From contig CAVQXP010000004.1 in assembly GCA_963717935.1 (NCBI GenBank), forward strand, positions 896,001-960,000: a stretch of DNA of 64,000 bases. Direction: 5' to 3'. A program made the translations under genes and the position numbers. The stretch is from Candidatus Eiseniibacteriota bacterium. Lineage in GTDB: Bacteria > Eisenbacteria > RBG-16-71-46. Of this stretch, positions 1-10,614 are shown piece after piece. The notes beneath the pieces were generated by a model. That model worked only from the letters and a program-made list of their open reading frames with translations, was not told the DNA's origin and did no database searches. The stretch's first letter is position 1. Every line of letters begins with the position of its first letter.

Positions 1-7
1 CTCGGCC

Positions 8-602
8 GTGAACCTCCCCACCGCCCTCACGCTGCTGCGCTTCTGCCTCGCCCCGGGCATCGCGCTGTTCCTCGCCGAGCACCACTACGCGCTGGCCCTG
101 GGCATCTACCTGGCCGCGGAGCTGTCCGACGTCGCCGACGGCTGGCTCGCGCGTCGCCTGAAGCAGATCACCCGCCTCGGCACGGTGCTCGATCCGCTCG
201 TGGACATCCTCTTCAACGTGGTGGTCTTCGGCGGGCTCTTCCTGGGCCGCGTCATCCCGACCTGGGTGCTGGGCGTGGCGCTGCTGCGCTACGCGGATCT
301 TCCTCTTCGGCGGAGCGTGCCTGTACCTGTTCGTGGGGCCGGTGACCATCCGGCCCACGCTGTTCGGGCGGCTGAGCGGCGTGGTGATGGTGGGGCTCAC
401 TGCCTTCCTGCTGCTGCTCCACGCGCTGCGCGCGCACTGGATGGACCGCCTCGCGCCGCTCACCACCCTCGCGCTCGGCGCGTTGCTGCTGGTGGCGGTG
501 GGACAGGTCGTGGCGCTCGGCTGGTACAACCTGCGGCTCCTGAAGGGCCAGGCCGAGGCCCAGGGCCGCGTGGTGGGCGACGTGCGCTGGGGCAAGCGTT
601 GA
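8..602 (+). CDS. CDP-alcohol phosphatidyltransferase (PgsA-like), frameshift near 295
   Basis: N-terminus NLPTALTLLR and motif SDVADGWLARR...ITRLGTVLDPLVD; hydrophobic C-half continues in ORF 333..602. Confidence 0.85.
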
Positions 603-1141
603 GCCAGGCCGTGCTCGAGGGTGACCTGGGCCGCTTCCAGCCGGCCGAGGTCGCCCAGCTCCTCCAGCTCGCGCAGGCCACCGGGCGGCTCGAGCTCTCG
701 CGGCCTGCCCTCGGCGTCCCGGGCGGACCCGGCTCAGGCCGTGGCGCGGAGACGGTGGACGTGTTCTTCGTCGAGGGCCGGCCGGTGTTCGCGCGCACCA
801 GCGGGCAGTCGGTGCGGACCGGCGAGATCCTCGTCCACCGCGGCCACGCCACGCACGAGGCGGTCATCGGCGCGCTCGAGGCACAGCGCCGCGGGGCCGG
901 GAAGCGCATCGGCGAGGTGCTGGCGGACCGCAGCGCGGTCGCGCCCGAGCAGGTGGTCGCAGGCGGTGCACGAGTGCGTGCGCCGCATCCTCTACGGCGA
1001 TGCTGCTCTGGCGTGAGGGGCGCTTCCGCTTCTTCGCCGGCGAGCATGCACAGGACGAACGACCTGCCGCTCGACCTCGACCTCGACCGGCTCATCCTCG
1101 AGGGCCTGCGGCTGGCCGACCAGGCGAGGGCGGGGCGGTAG
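599..1141 (+). CDS. DUF4388 (PATAN-like) domain protein, frameshifts near 960 and 1060
   Basis: TTG start overlapping upstream stop; LEGDLGRFQPAEVAQLLQLAQATGRL, RIGEVL, LLWREGRFRF, LILEGLRLADQ spread over three frames. Confidence 0.7.
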   Translation: MSQAVLEGDLGRFQPAEVAQLLQLAQATGRLELSRPALGVPGGPGSGRGAETVDVFFVEGRPVFARTSGQSVRTGEILVHRGHATHEAVIGALEAQRRGAGKRIGEVLADRSAVAPEQVVAGGARVRAPHPLRRCCSGVRGASASSPASMHRTNDLPLDLDLDRLILEGLRLADQARAGR

Positions 1142-1170
1142 CCCGGACGATCCATGGACCGCAGGACCGC

Positions 1171-3326
1171 GTGACCGGCCTTTCGCTGCACCTCGCCCCG
1201 AACGCGCCCTGGCTGCTGCTGGCCGTCGCTGAGCCTCGCCTTCGTGGCGCTCGGTGTCTGGGCCTATCGCATCGCGGTGCCACCGCTGCCGCGCCGGGCC
1301 CGCCGCCTGCTGCCCGCGCTGCGCGTCGCGGCGCTGCTGCTCCTCGCCTGGCTGCTCGGCCAGCCCGTGCTCGAGCGCGCGGCGGGGGGCCGGGCGCACG
1401 TGGTCGTGCTGCTCGACCGCTCGGCGAGCATGGACCTGCCGGTGGGGCCGGGTGGCGGCACGCGTGCCGCCGCTGCCGCGCGGACGGTGAGGACGCTCGA
1501 GCAGGCGTGGCGCGGGCGGGCGAACGTGACGGTCCTGTCCTTCGCGTCACGCCTCGAGTCGGATTCGGCGCGCACGGGCACGCCGGGCTCCGCGGGCGCG
1601 ACGGCCCTCGGGGACGCGCTCGCCGCGCTCGCCGCCGGGCCGGCTGGGCGGGACGCGGGCGCGGTCGTCGTCGTGAGCGACGGGGCGGTGAACGCGGGCG
1701 AGGACCCGGTGGCGGTCGCGAGCGCCCTCGGCCTTCCCGTGCACGCGGTGGTCGTGGGCCGCGCCGGCGTGCCCGACCGGGTCGTCACCGAGGTCGAGTC
1801 GCAGGACGTGGCGCGCGTGGGCCGGCCGACCGTGGTGCGTGCGCGGGTGACGAGCACGGAGGAGCGCGGCGCGCCCATGACGGTGCGCCTGCTCGAAGGC
1901 GGCAGCGAGCTGGCGCGCGCGACGGTGATCGCGCCGGGCGGCGGCGCCGAGGCCACGGCCGAGTTCCAGATCGTGCCCACGCGGCCCGGGCTCGCGGTCT
2001 GGACCGCGCGCGTGGATTCGCTGCCGGGCGATCTGACCCGCGCCAACGATGCCCGGCAAGTGGCGGTCGAAGTCTCACCCGGCCGGCTCGGCGTGCTGCT
2101 GGTGAGCGGCGGCCTCAACTGGGACCTCGCCTTCCTGCGCCGCGCCCTGCTCGGCGACTCGAGTCTGGCCGTGACCACCTTCGCCCGCGAGCGCGGTGGC
2201 TGGCGCGCCCTCGAGCCGCGCGCGGGCGCGGGAGGCGCGCCTTCCTCCGCCAGCCTGCGCGGGCAGGCGGTCGTGGTGCTCGACGCGGTCGCGCCCGCCG
2301 AGGTCGGTCCGGACTTCGACCGGGCGCTGGCCGCCTTCGTGCGCGCGGGCGGTGGGCTGCTGGTGCTCGGGGGCCCGCCTCCGGGTCTCTCGCGCTATCG
2401 TGCGGGCACACTCGGCGCCGAGCTGACGGTGACGCTCGATGGCACGCTCACCGCCCGCGGTGGCACGCCGCAGCCCACGCTCGAAGCGCGTGAGCTGCTG
2501 GACTGGGACCCCGACCCGGCACGGGGTGCGCGCGCATGGAGCGTGGTGGCGCCGTTGGCGGAACTGGCCCCCGTGCAGCCGGGCGCGGGCGACCGCGTCG
2601 CTGATCGGCTCGGCGGGCGGCGGGCCGCCGCTGCTGATCGGGCGTCACGTCGGACGGGGGCAGGCGCTGCTCGTGAACGGCACGGGCCTGTGGCGCTGGT
2701 CGCTCTCGGGCGTGGACGAACTCACCGCCGAGCGCGGCCGAGTGCTCTGGCGACGGCTGGTCCACTGGCTCGCCGAGCCCGCGCAGGCCGAGCCCCTGCG
2801 GGTGCGGCCCGAGCGCTGGCTCGCGGCGGGCGGGGAGCCCGTGCGGCTGTTCGCCACGCTGCAGGACTCCGCGTTCCGCCCGGTCGCGGGTGGCGAGGTG
2901 CAGGCCGAGGTGCAGGACGACGCCGGTCGGTCGCGCCCGGTGCGCTTCGAGACTCGCGCGCGCGGCTCGTACGAAGCCATGCTCGAGGACCTGCCACCGG
3001 GACGTTACAGGTTGAGCGCGCGCGCCGTGCGCGGCGGCCGCGAGCTGGGACGCGCCACCACCGAGTTCGCCGTGGACCGCTGGAGCCTCGAGCTGGCGCG
3101 CAGCCTCCCCGACAGCGCCGCGCTCGCCGCGGTCGCGCGGGCCACGGGCGGCCGCGTCACGGACGCCGCCCGGGTGGAGCGCTGGTCACGCACTCTCCCT
3201 ACGCGTGCGCTGGCCCGCGGCCGCGTCGAGTCGCACCGGCTCTGGGAATCCCCCTGGGTGTCCGCGCTGGTCGTCGGACTGCTGAGCGTCGAGTGGTTCT
3301 GGCGCCGGCGGCGAGGCCTGCCGTAG
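1171..3326 (+). CDS. Membrane-anchored vWA / glutamine-amidotransferase-like domain protein, frameshifts near 1230 and 2600
   Basis: N-terminal TM helices, VVLLDRSASM (MIDAS-like), VVVSDG, VRAGGGLLVLGG, LWRW, C-terminal LLSVEWFWRRRRGLP. Confidence 0.75.
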
Positions 3327-3397
3327 GGACCCTCCCGGTCCGCCCGGCACGCGCGTTGCGATAGCCACGCCGGGTCCCGCCCCCGCCAGGAGGGTCC

Positions 3398-5084
3398 ATG
3401 CTCCACGGGGGTCTGTCGTCCCTGGCCGTGGCGGTCGTGCTGGGCGCGAGTGATGCCGGGCCGGCCGTGCCGGCGACCGCCACCGCGGCCTGCGCGCCGG
3501 CGCAGCATCCGCTCATCGCCGAGCTGCTCTACGACGCCGCCGGCGACGACACGGGCTGGGAGTTCGTCGAGTTCTACAACCCGTTCGACCACGCTCTGCC
3601 GCTCGAGGGCGCGCGGCTCGAGGCGGGTGACGGCTCGGGCCCCGGCCGCTGGACGCTGCGCTGGACCGGCAACGCCGTGGACAGCGTCGCCGCCCGTGGT
3701 CGCTTCGTCGTGGGCGGAGCGAAGGTCCAGCCGGCGCCCCATGCGGTGGTGACCCTCGAGCTGCAGAACGGACCCGACGCGCTGCGCATTGGCGTGGCCG
3801 GACGGCGCGGTCGAGGTGGTGGGCTACGGCGCGCTCGAGTTCGCCGAGTACGCCTGCGGCGCGCCGGCGGCGGACGTCGCCCCGGGGCAGTCGCTCGCCC
3901 GCATCCCGGACGGCGCCGACCTGGGGAGCAACGCGGCCGACTTCCGCGCGGCCGCGCCCTCGCCGGGGCGCGCGAACCAGCCGCAGCGTGACCTGGCGGT
4001 GCCGGCCGGCTCGCTCGCGCTCACGCCCGGGCAACCGGACCCTGGCGCCGCGGCGCGGCTCGCGGGGTGGATCGAGAACCGCGGTGCCACGACCGTCGTG
4101 GCCGGAGAGGCGATGCTCGTCGCGACCGCGGTCTCGGCGGCGGGGAGCGTGCCGCTCTTCGCGCGCGCCGTCGGCACGGCGCTGGCGCCCGGCGACCCCG
4201 CCGCCTTCGACGAGTCCGTGTCGCTCGAGGCGGGCTCGTGGTGGCTGCGGGTCGCGGTCTCGCTGCCGCAGGACGAGGCGCCCGCGAACGATGCCGACTC
4301 CGTGCGGGTGCGCGCCGGCCCGGGCCCGCTCGAGCTGACCGAGATCCAGTTCCACCCCGCGGCGGGGGAGGGCGAGTGGGTCGAAGTGCGGAACCGCTCG
4401 GATGCGCCGCTCGACCTGGCCGCCTTCACGCTCTCGGACCGCGGCGCCACGCGGGGCACGCCCGCGGGCGGCTGGGGCGCGCTCGAGCCCGAGAGCCTCG
4501 CCGTGCTCGCGCAGGACCGCGCGGCCCTGGTGCGCGCCTTCCCCGGGCTGGACACGAACCGGGTGTGGCGCGCGGGCCCGTGGCCGACCCTCAACAACTC
4601 GGACGATTCGACGGGCGTGGCCGACGCCGTGGTCCTGCGCGAAGCGGACGGCACGCCCTGCCAGCGCGTGGCCTACTCGGCCGCCGGGATCCCCGCGGGC
4701 GTGCCGCTCGAGTGGCGCGACGGTGGCTGGTGGCCGGACTCCGATCCGGCGGGCACGCCGCTGCGTCCCCCTCGCTCCCGCTCGCCGCTCGCGCGCCGTT
4801 TCGAGTGCGCGCCGCGACGATTGCGCGAGGGCGGGGCGGCCACGCTGGCGTGGGACCTGCCCTGGTCGCGGGCGCACGTCTCGCTCGAGCTCTACGACCT
4901 CGCCGGGCGCCGCGTGGCGCGGCCGCTCGAGGAGTTCCTGGCCCCGGCCCGTGGGGAACGGGCGTGGTCGGTCGGCGCCACCGCTCCCGGGCTCTACGTG
5001 ACGCTGGCCCGGGCGCGGCCGGACGGGAGCGGGGACTGGATCGTCGAGCGCAGCGCGTTGCGCATCGGGGGGAGCGCGCGATGA
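3398..5084 (+). CDS. Secreted protein with two lamin-tail-like domains, a CARDB-like domain and a FlgD/CTD-like C-terminus, frameshift near 3790
   Basis: LIAELLYD..WEFVEFYNP and LTEIQFHP..EWVEVRN motifs; C-terminal LELYDLAGRRVA...APGLY. Confidence 0.7.
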
Positions 5085-5896
5085 GGGCGGCGCGGATCAT
5101 GCGGCTCGCCGCGCTCGCGCTCCTCGCGCTCGCGGGACCCGGGGCGCGCGCCGTCTCCCAGGACTTCACCTGCGCCGCGCTCCCGGGCCCTGCGACTTCG
5201 GCGGGCGCGTTCATCGAGAGCGGCCTGCCGCCGCTCTGCGCGGGGCCCGCGCTCGACGCGTCGTACACGCGCTGGTTCGGCCTGCCCGAACTCGAGACGC
5301 GCGCGACGGCGTGCGGAGCGGGCTGGCGGCTGGTGCGCGTGGCGGCGGGGTGCTCGCAGACGGGCGAGCCCGATCTCGGCTGGAGCGCCATCGGGTTCGC
5401 CTGCGGCGTGGCGCGCCCCGACGGCGGTGCGGGCCTGCGGGCGGTCGCGCGCCGGGACCGCGCGGTCGAGCCGGGCAGCGTCGCGGCCGCGCGGTCCGAG
5501 GCCCGCACGGGCGCCGAGGTGGGCTGGGGCGCATGGCTCCAGGCGGCGCGAGGGCTGAGGCTCTGGGCCGCGGTGCCGCAGTCGTGGAGCGACGGCGTGG
5601 CGCCGCCGCTCGACCGGCCGCTCGAGTGCGGCGGAGAGTTCGAACGCGACGGACTCACACTCTGGCTGACGCGCGCGGCGCCGTCCGGCGGCACGGAGGC
5701 CGACCATGGCGCGGGCGTGGCACTGCGCTCGGGATCGCTGGTCACCTGGGCGTCGGCACGCGACCGGCCGCTGCGGGGCGGTCTCGGGCTGGCGGCATCG
5801 GTGAGCCGGCTCTTCGTCGCGGCCGAGGTCGAGAGCCATCCCGAGCTGGGCGAGACGGTGCGGCTCTCGCTCGGGCTCGCCGGTGGGGCGCGGTGA
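5081..5896 (+). CDS. Secreted hypothetical protein, putative small outer-membrane beta-barrel (PorV/PorQ-like appearance)
   Basis: ATG overlaps previous stop; signal peptide; amphipathic strands ending HPELGETVRLSLGL. Confidence 0.5.
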   Translation: MRAARIMRLAALALLALAGPGARAVSQDFTCAALPGPATSAGAFIESGLPPLCAGPALDASYTRWFGLPELETRATACGAGWRLVRVAAGCSQTGEPDLGWSAIGFACGVARPDGGAGLRAVARRDRAVEPGSVAAARSEARTGAEVGWGAWLQAARGLRLWAAVPQSWSDGVAPPLDRPLECGGEFERDGLTLWLTRAAPSGGTEADHGAGVALRSGSLVTWASARDRPLRGGLGLAASVSRLFVAAEVESHPELGETVRLSLGLAGGAR

Positions 5897-7341
5897 CGGC
5901 CGCGGCGCCTTCCACCGCGCGGGCCGCGGTCCTCCGTGTCCCGCGTCGCGTCGCGCTCCTCGCCCGCGCGTTCGCGGCGGCGGTGTTCGCCGCGCTCTTC
6001 CTCACGGTCGCCGCCCCCGCGCAGCCGGCGCCGGACTCCATCGGGTACGCCGAGCCCCCGCCCGAGGAGCCCGAGGGCGCCGACTACGAGGTCGAGTCTG
6101 CCGACACGCTGGCCGAGGGCGCGATCGAGCTGGGCATGGGGGCTTCGGGCCGCGTGGGTGCCAGGCCGCGGCAGACGCGGCGTGTGCGCTTCAACGACCG
6201 CGCCCTGGGCGGCTCGGTGCGCGAGGGCGAAGGCGACCCGCTCGCGGGCGGCTCGATCGAAGCCGGCGCTCTGGCCGGACGCGTGGGCGTGGGCCGGCTC
6301 GCCGCGCGCTGGGGGCGTGGCCTGCTGCTGGGCGCGGCGGCGGAACCGTGGAACGCGGCCGCGGCCGATCGCGGCGCGGCCGCGCCCTTCCGTGGTCGCG
6401 CGGGGCGCGGCGCCTGGTACCGGCTGGGCGAGCGCGGGGCGCTCGAGGCCCTCTACGGGCGCTTCGCGAATCGTGACCTGGCGGGAGGCCGCGCGCGGGC
6501 CGGCCCGTTCGGTCTCGGCGCCCTCGCCGACCGCGCCGGCCACGCGCAGGCCAGCCTGAGCCTCTGCCGGGGCCGGGCCGAGCACGAGCTGGCGCTCGAC
6601 CGTGCCGGCCGCTGGCGCGTCGAGACGGCGCTCGAGCGGCGCGCGGGCCCGCTGGCATTGGCCGCCCGCGCGCGTGGCGGATCGGCGGGCCTGCGCTCGC
6701 TGGCGGAGCCGCTTCGGAGCGGTCCGGCGCGCACGCTCGCCATGGAGCTCCGGGACGACGCCCCCTGGGGCCACGTGCGCGCGCAGACCGCGCTCTGGCG
6801 TTTCGCCCCGGGCCGCGGTGGCGCGCGCGCGGCCCTTGAAGTGAGGCGGCGTCTCGATCGGCGGGGATCGCTGGCCGTGGGCTTCGAGGAGCGGCATGGC
6901 ACGCATCGCGAGAGCGGCCGCGTCCCGGGCTTCCGTCAGGGAGCCTGGGGCGAGTGGCGCGGCGAGGCGGCCGGACTGGCCCTCGCGCTCCGCCACGAGG
7001 TGCTGGGCGCGGAACGGCTCGGCCGCACCGCGGTCCGCGCGGTGACGGCCGCGCGACTCGAGCTCGACGGGCCGGCCGGGAGCGGACTGCGGATCACGCA
7101 CTGCGCCTATCGCGTGCGGTCCGGCGAGAGCCTCTACCTGATCGAGACCGCAAGCGACCGCGTCATCCTGCGGGCGGTCTCCGGCATGGGGCGGCGCACC
7201 CGCGTGGAGGTTCGCGCGCCGGGCGCCGGTGGCCACATCAACGCCGCGCTCGAGCTCCCGGGCGTGGCGGGCGCGCGGAGCAGCGAGGCGAACCGACCAC
7301 GCTGGACGCTGGACTGGACACGACGTGCGCGAAGCCGGTAG
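5893..7341 (+). CDS. Secreted hypothetical protein, putative outer-membrane beta-barrel
   Basis: GTG overlaps previous stop; signal-like N-terminus; alternating beta-strand pattern; WGRGLLLG motif. Confidence 0.5.
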   Translation: MTAAAPSTARAAVLRVPRRVALLARAFAAAVFAALFLTVAAPAQPAPDSIGYAEPPPEEPEGADYEVESADTLAEGAIELGMGASGRVGARPRQTRRVRFNDRALGGSVREGEGDPLAGGSIEAGALAGRVGVGRLAARWGRGLLLGAAAEPWNAAAADRGAAAPFRGRAGRGAWYRLGERGALEALYGRFANRDLAGGRARAGPFGLGALADRAGHAQASLSLCRGRAEHELALDRAGRWRVETALERRAGPLALAARARGGSAGLRSLAEPLRSGPARTLAMELRDDAPWGHVRAQTALWRFAPGRGGARAALEVRRRLDRRGSLAVGFEERHGTHRESGRVPGFRQGAWGEWRGEAAGLALALRHEVLGAERLGRTAVRAVTAARLELDGPAGSGLRITHCAYRVRSGESLYLIETASDRVILRAVSGMGRRTRVEVRAPGAGGHINAALELPGVAGARSSEANRPRWTLDWTRRARSR

Positions 7342-7543
7342 CGGGGGCGGTCCAGGAAGGGCAGCTCCGCGACCGGGATGAATCCAGACCAGGCTTTGAA
7401 GCCGGCCGCGGGCAGGAGCCGCCCGGGGCCTGGATCGGACTTCGAGGCGCCGGTCCGCGCCCGGGCGCGCTGCGTCCGTGGCACATGGCGTGCAACCCCG
7501 CCCTGGTCACGGCCCCCGCCACCCGCCCCTGCGGGACATCACC

Positions 7544-8182
7544 ATGCACCTGGCAGCCGCGTACCTCGCCCTCGTCCTCGCCTTCCTCCGTCCGCCGGCC
7601 GGGCCCGTGTCGGTCGCGCAGGTCGGCCCCGGCCTGCTGCTCAACGAGTTCCTCGCCGGACCGGCGCGCGACTGGGACGGCAGCGGCACCCTCTCGACCC
7701 GCGACGACGAATGGGTCGAGGTCTGCAACACGGGCCTCGCGGCGCTCGATCTCTCGCCCTTCCTCATCACCGACGGTGACCACCTGCCGCGCTACGCCTT
7801 CAGCGGCACGCTCGGGCCGGGCGAGCGGCGCCTGGTCTTCGGCAAGGAGTCCTACGACTGGGAGAAGGCCAACGGTTTCCCGGCCTACGGGCTCTCGCTC
7901 TCGAACACCGGTGACACCGTGATGCTCTGGCAGGTCGCGGGGGCCGAGACCGTGCTGGTGGACTCGTACACCTACCTGAGCCACGAGGCCGCGGCCGACC
8001 GCGCCGTGGCGCGCAAGCCGGACGGTGGAACCTGGATGCTCTTCGACGGGCTCAACCCCTATGTCGGCACCACGCCGCCGCTGGGCACGGGCTGCGCGCC
8101 CACGCCCGGACTGGCCAACGTCTGCGAGAACACGCCGGCGCAGGTCCCGACCTGGGGGAGGCTCAAGACCCTGTACCGGTGA
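7544..8182 (+). CDS. Secreted lamin-tail domain protein with C-terminal TWGRLKTLYR tail
   Basis: Signal peptide; LLLNEFLA...DEWVEVCN, LSNTGDTV motifs; ends CENTPAQVPTWGRLKTLYR. Confidence 0.75.
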   Translation: MHLAAAYLALVLAFLRPPAGPVSVAQVGPGLLLNEFLAGPARDWDGSGTLSTRDDEWVEVCNTGLAALDLSPFLITDGDHLPRYAFSGTLGPGERRLVFGKESYDWEKANGFPAYGLSLSNTGDTVMLWQVAGAETVLVDSYTYLSHEAAADRAVARKPDGGTWMLFDGLNPYVGTTPPLGTGCAPTPGLANVCENTPAQVPTWGRLKTLYR

Positions 8183-8395
8183 GACGGAGTGCCCCGCCCT
8201 CCTCGATTTCGCCGAGTCGTCCGCCTCCTCCGGCGCATCTGAAGCAGTCCCGGCGGGCCGCGTGCGCCAGCGCAGGAGACCCGCCGGGACTCTCTCGCGC
8301 CCTGCCCCGACCGCCCATTCGGCCTTGTCCGCGCCTGCGGGTCGAGGGCACACTGGTGCGGTGCCCGATTCACCTGGTTCCCGTGGAGGCGAACG

Positions 8396-9322
8396 CTGAA
8401 CCCCGACCCGGCTCAGGCCCGTGACCTGCTGGAGTCCCACCGCGCCGGCCGGCTGCTCTGGCCTGCGGGGCGCCTGCGCGAGAAGGCGCTCGAGATCCGC
8501 CGCGACCTCATCACCCTGCTCGTCCAGGCCCGGAGCGGGCACACCGGCGGGTCGCTCTCGGCCGCCGATTTCGGCACGGCCCTCTTCTTCCACGAGCTGA
8601 CCCTGGACCCGCGCGACCCGGCCTGGCCGGACCGCGACTTCTGGCACTTCTCGATCGGGCACGTGACCCCGCTGATCTACTCGCTCATGGCGGAGCGCGG
8701 CTATTTCCCGCTCGCGGACCTGATGCAGTTCCGCACCTTCGCCGGGCACCTGCAGGGCCACCCGTCGCGCCACGACACGATCGGCATCGAGGTCTCCTCG
8801 GGCTCGCTCGGCCAGGGGCTCTCGGTGTGCGCGGGCGTGGCGATGGCCGCGCGCATCGACCGGCACCCGCGGCGCGTCTACTGCGTCATGGGCGACGGCG
8901 AGCAGCAGGAGGGACAGGTCTGGGAGGCGGCGATGTTCGCGGGGCACCGCCGGCTCGACAACCTCTGCGCCGTCGTGGACTACAACCGCAAGCAGATCGA
9001 CGGCGACGTCGAGGACATCTGCGGGATCCTGCCGCTGGCCGACAAGTGGCGCGCCTTCCGCTGGAACGTGATCGAGGTGGAGGGGCACGATCTCGAACGG
9101 ATCCTCGGCGCCTTTGCCGCCGCGCGCACGTGCAGGGGCCAGCCCACCGTGATCCTCGCGCACACCGTGATGGGCAAGGGCGTGTCGTTCATGGAGGACG
9201 ATCACCGCTGGCACGGCAAGCCGCCCGGGCCCGCCGAGGGCGAGCAGGCGCTCGCGGAGCTGGGCAGCACGTTCGCCGAGTGGTCGGCGCGGCTGCTCGC
9301 GGGCCGGGGGGACGCACGATGA
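8396..9322 (+). CDS. Transketolase, N-terminal (TPP-binding) subunit; probable CTG start
   Basis: SGHTGGSLS upstream of the listed ORF and in frame; LQGHP, GSLGQGLS, GDGEQQEG..WEA; GGAGG 6 nt before in-frame CTG at 8396. Confidence 0.9.
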   Translation: MNPDPAQARDLLESHRAGRLLWPAGRLREKALEIRRDLITLLVQARSGHTGGSLSAADFGTALFFHELTLDPRDPAWPDRDFWHFSIGHVTPLIYSLMAERGYFPLADLMQFRTFAGHLQGHPSRHDTIGIEVSSGSLGQGLSVCAGVAMAARIDRHPRRVYCVMGDGEQQEGQVWEAAMFAGHRRLDNLCAVVDYNRKQIDGDVEDICGILPLADKWRAFRWNVIEVEGHDLERILGAFAAARTCRGQPTVILAHTVMGKGVSFMEDDHRWHGKPPGPAEGEQALAELGSTFAEWSARLLAGRGDAR

Positions 9323-10287
9323 CGGACATCACGCTGCCCGCGCAGGTCGAGAAGAGGAAGACCCGCGAGGGCTTCGGCCGCGCGCTGGTCGCGCTGGGGG
9401 AGCGGGACCCGCGCATCGTGGTGCTGGTGGGCGATCTCTCCGAGTCCACCATGGTGAGCTTTTTCGCCGAGCGCTTCCCCGAGCGCTTCATCCAGGTCGG
9501 GATCGCCGAGCAGAACATGACCGGCATCGCCGCCGGCCTGGCGGCCGCGGGCAAGGTCCCGTTCCTCGCCACCTACGGCGCCTTCGCCTCGTACCGCGCC
9601 GCGGACCAGCTGCGCGTGACGGTGGCGTACTCGGAGCTCAACGTGAAGATCGTCGGGGCGCATGGCGGCCTCTCGGTGGGCCTCGACGGCGCCACGCACC
9701 AGGCGCTCGAGGAGATCAGTATCATCCGCTCGATCCCCAACCTGACGCTGATCGTGCCGTGCGACTACTGGGAGGCGTACAAGGCCACCATCGCGGCCGC
9801 CGTGCACGCCGGCCCGGTCTACATCCGCCTCGGACGCGAGGACGTGCCGGTGGTGACCGCCGAGGACACGCCGTTCACGTTCGGCCAGGCGGAGGTCTTC
9901 GCCGCGGGCGGTGACCTCACCATCGTCGCCTGCGGTGTCATGGTCTACGAGGCGCTGCGCGCGCGCGAGGCCCTGCTCGAGCGCGGGATCGCCGCCCGGG
10001 TCGTGGACCTGCACACGCTCAAGCCGCTCGATGTCGCGCTGCTCGAGCGCTGCGCGCGGGAGACGGGGGCCATCGTCACGGCCGAGGAGCACCAGGTGAA
10101 CGGCGGCCTGGGCGGTGCCGTGGCCGAGGCCGTGGTCCGCACGCACCCGGTACCGATGGAGTTCGTGGCGGTGATGGACCGTTTCGGCCAGTCGGGCAGG
10201 CCCGACGAGCTGATGGAGGCCTTCGGGATCAAGTCGGCGGACATCGTCGCCGCGGCGGAGCGCGTGCTGGCCCGCAAGCGGGGCTGA
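9319..10287 (+). CDS. Transketolase, C-terminal subunit
   Basis: TREGFGRAL, GIAEQNM, DGATHQ, GPVYIRLGR, TAEEH motifs; ATGA overlap with the N-subunit. Confidence 0.92.
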   Translation: MTDITLPAQVEKRKTREGFGRALVALGERDPRIVVLVGDLSESTMVSFFAERFPERFIQVGIAEQNMTGIAAGLAAAGKVPFLATYGAFASYRAADQLRVTVAYSELNVKIVGAHGGLSVGLDGATHQALEEISIIRSIPNLTLIVPCDYWEAYKATIAAAVHAGPVYIRLGREDVPVVTAEDTPFTFGQAEVFAAGGDLTIVACGVMVYEALRAREALLERGIAARVVDLHTLKPLDVALLERCARETGAIVTAEEHQVNGGLGGAVAEAVVRTHPVPMEFVAVMDRFGQSGRPDELMEAFGIKSADIVAAAERVLARKRG

Positions 10288-10614
10288 GCCGGGCGAGGAG
10301 CGCCGCTGCCGCGCGTGGGGGGCGCGGGATCCCGGGTGTCTCCGCGGGTTCCCGCGCCTGCTCGATCCCCGGACCGTCACGGCGCCAACTCCAAACGGGA
10401 CAAGCTGTTCCGCGTGCAGCCCGATTCGGTGGCGCTCGCCCCCGGGCGGTGCTCCACGCGGGCAGGAGCACCGGGCCGCCTGGCGCCGACCGAATCCTGG
10501 TGACGCCCCTCCGCACCGGGCGCTACGATTCTCCCCGACAGACCAACGCCCTCCGTCCGGAGGCCGCCGCGACCAGGATGCGACGTCCGGAGGGGGCCAG
10601 CCTGGGAGGCCGCC

